Shown here: piece after piece, positions 63,477 through 64,000 of the stretch
Layout: every line of letters starts with the position of its first letter
How positions within the stretch are numbered: position 1 is the first letter of the stretch
Source: Haliotis rufescens
Lineage: Eukaryota
Direction of reading: 5' to 3'
Assembly (NCBI RefSeq): GCF_023055435.1
Contig: NW_025963957.1
Span: forward strand, 1,984,001 to 2,048,000
DNA: 64,000 nt
The notes under the pieces: model-generated
Seen by the model: only the letters and a program-made list of their open reading frames with translations
The model's database searches: none
Told to the model about the DNA's origin: nothing
Program-made: the position numbers and the translations under genes

Positions 63477-63657
63477 CTTTTATTCCCTCTCGATTCGGAA
63501 GGAGGAGCATATTTCAGCCAATCAAAAGTGGCGTTTTTGATTGAATGCCTTTGACGTCACGCGGCAACACTTCTTACTGAAAACAATGGCGGCAGTGGAT
63601 GACGTATCTACAACTGTCACGTGAAAAGAGGGCAGGGTACGAGTCGAGAGTATATAA
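63477..63657. promoter_or_regulatory. Candidate bidirectional promoter B2/A3 (about 180 bp)
   Basis: TATA-like element (minus) about 63477-63484, CCAAT 63518-63522, TGACGTCA 63552-63559, CACGTG 63618-63623, TATATAA 63651-63657. Confidence 0.7.
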
Positions 63658-63728
63658 GGAGACACTGGCCCAGTCTGAGCCAGCGACTGTGAACACCTCA
63701 AGAACTGAGCTTCACACATCATCCTACC

Positions 63729-64000
63729 ATGGGAAAGGTATATATCTATATCTGATTTATTTCTTAGTAACGGCTTATACCTTGAAACATATTTTAGACT
63801 CAACTTATTGCGAGCATCCATCTTTGTGTAAATTTGCTGGCGCCGAATATTGTCAGCTTTATTATATTCTTAATGTGTGAGACTGTTAAGGTAAAGATAT
63901 CATTTTATCATTTTAGAAACAAGTGGCGCTATCCCTTTTCACTGTATATATAAATATATAAATATATGATTATAAGAAGTACTCTTTGCGTTTCAGTTTA
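63729..64000 (+). CDS. Type A Spaetzle-like gene, copy A3 (first coding exon MGK 63729-63737 plus intron 1; continues beyond the window)
   Basis: Promoter, 5'UTR, ATGGGAAAG|gtatat and intron 1 are homologous to A1 and A2. Confidence 0.75.

Overview
AT-rich, repeat-dense animal genomic DNA, probably molluscan; this is inferred from the SINE/LINE/Penelope landscape, not from a search. Four assembly gaps are present (14004-14133, 55853-56019, 56105-56233, 63079-63211). Two host-gene systems can be reconstructed by hand from splice signals. (1) A minus-strand SAMD9/SAMD9L-family STAND NTPase gene (25983->14874, 5 coding exons, about 1794 aa). All splice phases are compatible, giving the predicted architecture CARD - RFX-like winged helix - SAM - AlbA_2/Schlafen-like - SIR2-like - P-loop NTPase - TPR - OB-fold - short coiled coil. 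The winged helix is split by a canonical U12 (minor spliceosome) intron. The AlbA nuclease motifs look degenerate, which suggests a sensor that signals through a CARD instead of cutting tRNA (inference). (2) A tandem array with a period of about 12 kb, containing two paralogous secreted Spaetzle-like cystine-knot genes. Type A is on + (copies at 39565, 51682, 63729) and type B is on - (copies at 51093, 63391). They form head-to-head B/A pairs around a compact shared CCAAT/CRE/E-box promoter. The rest is decayed mobile DNA: an internally deleted Gypsy, an L1/Tx1 LINE with TSDs inserted in a minisatellite, a FLYWCH-MULE remnant, three Tc1 remnants inside the SAMD9 gene, other LINE and Penelope fragments, a hammerhead-like palindrome, several SINE families, and satellites.
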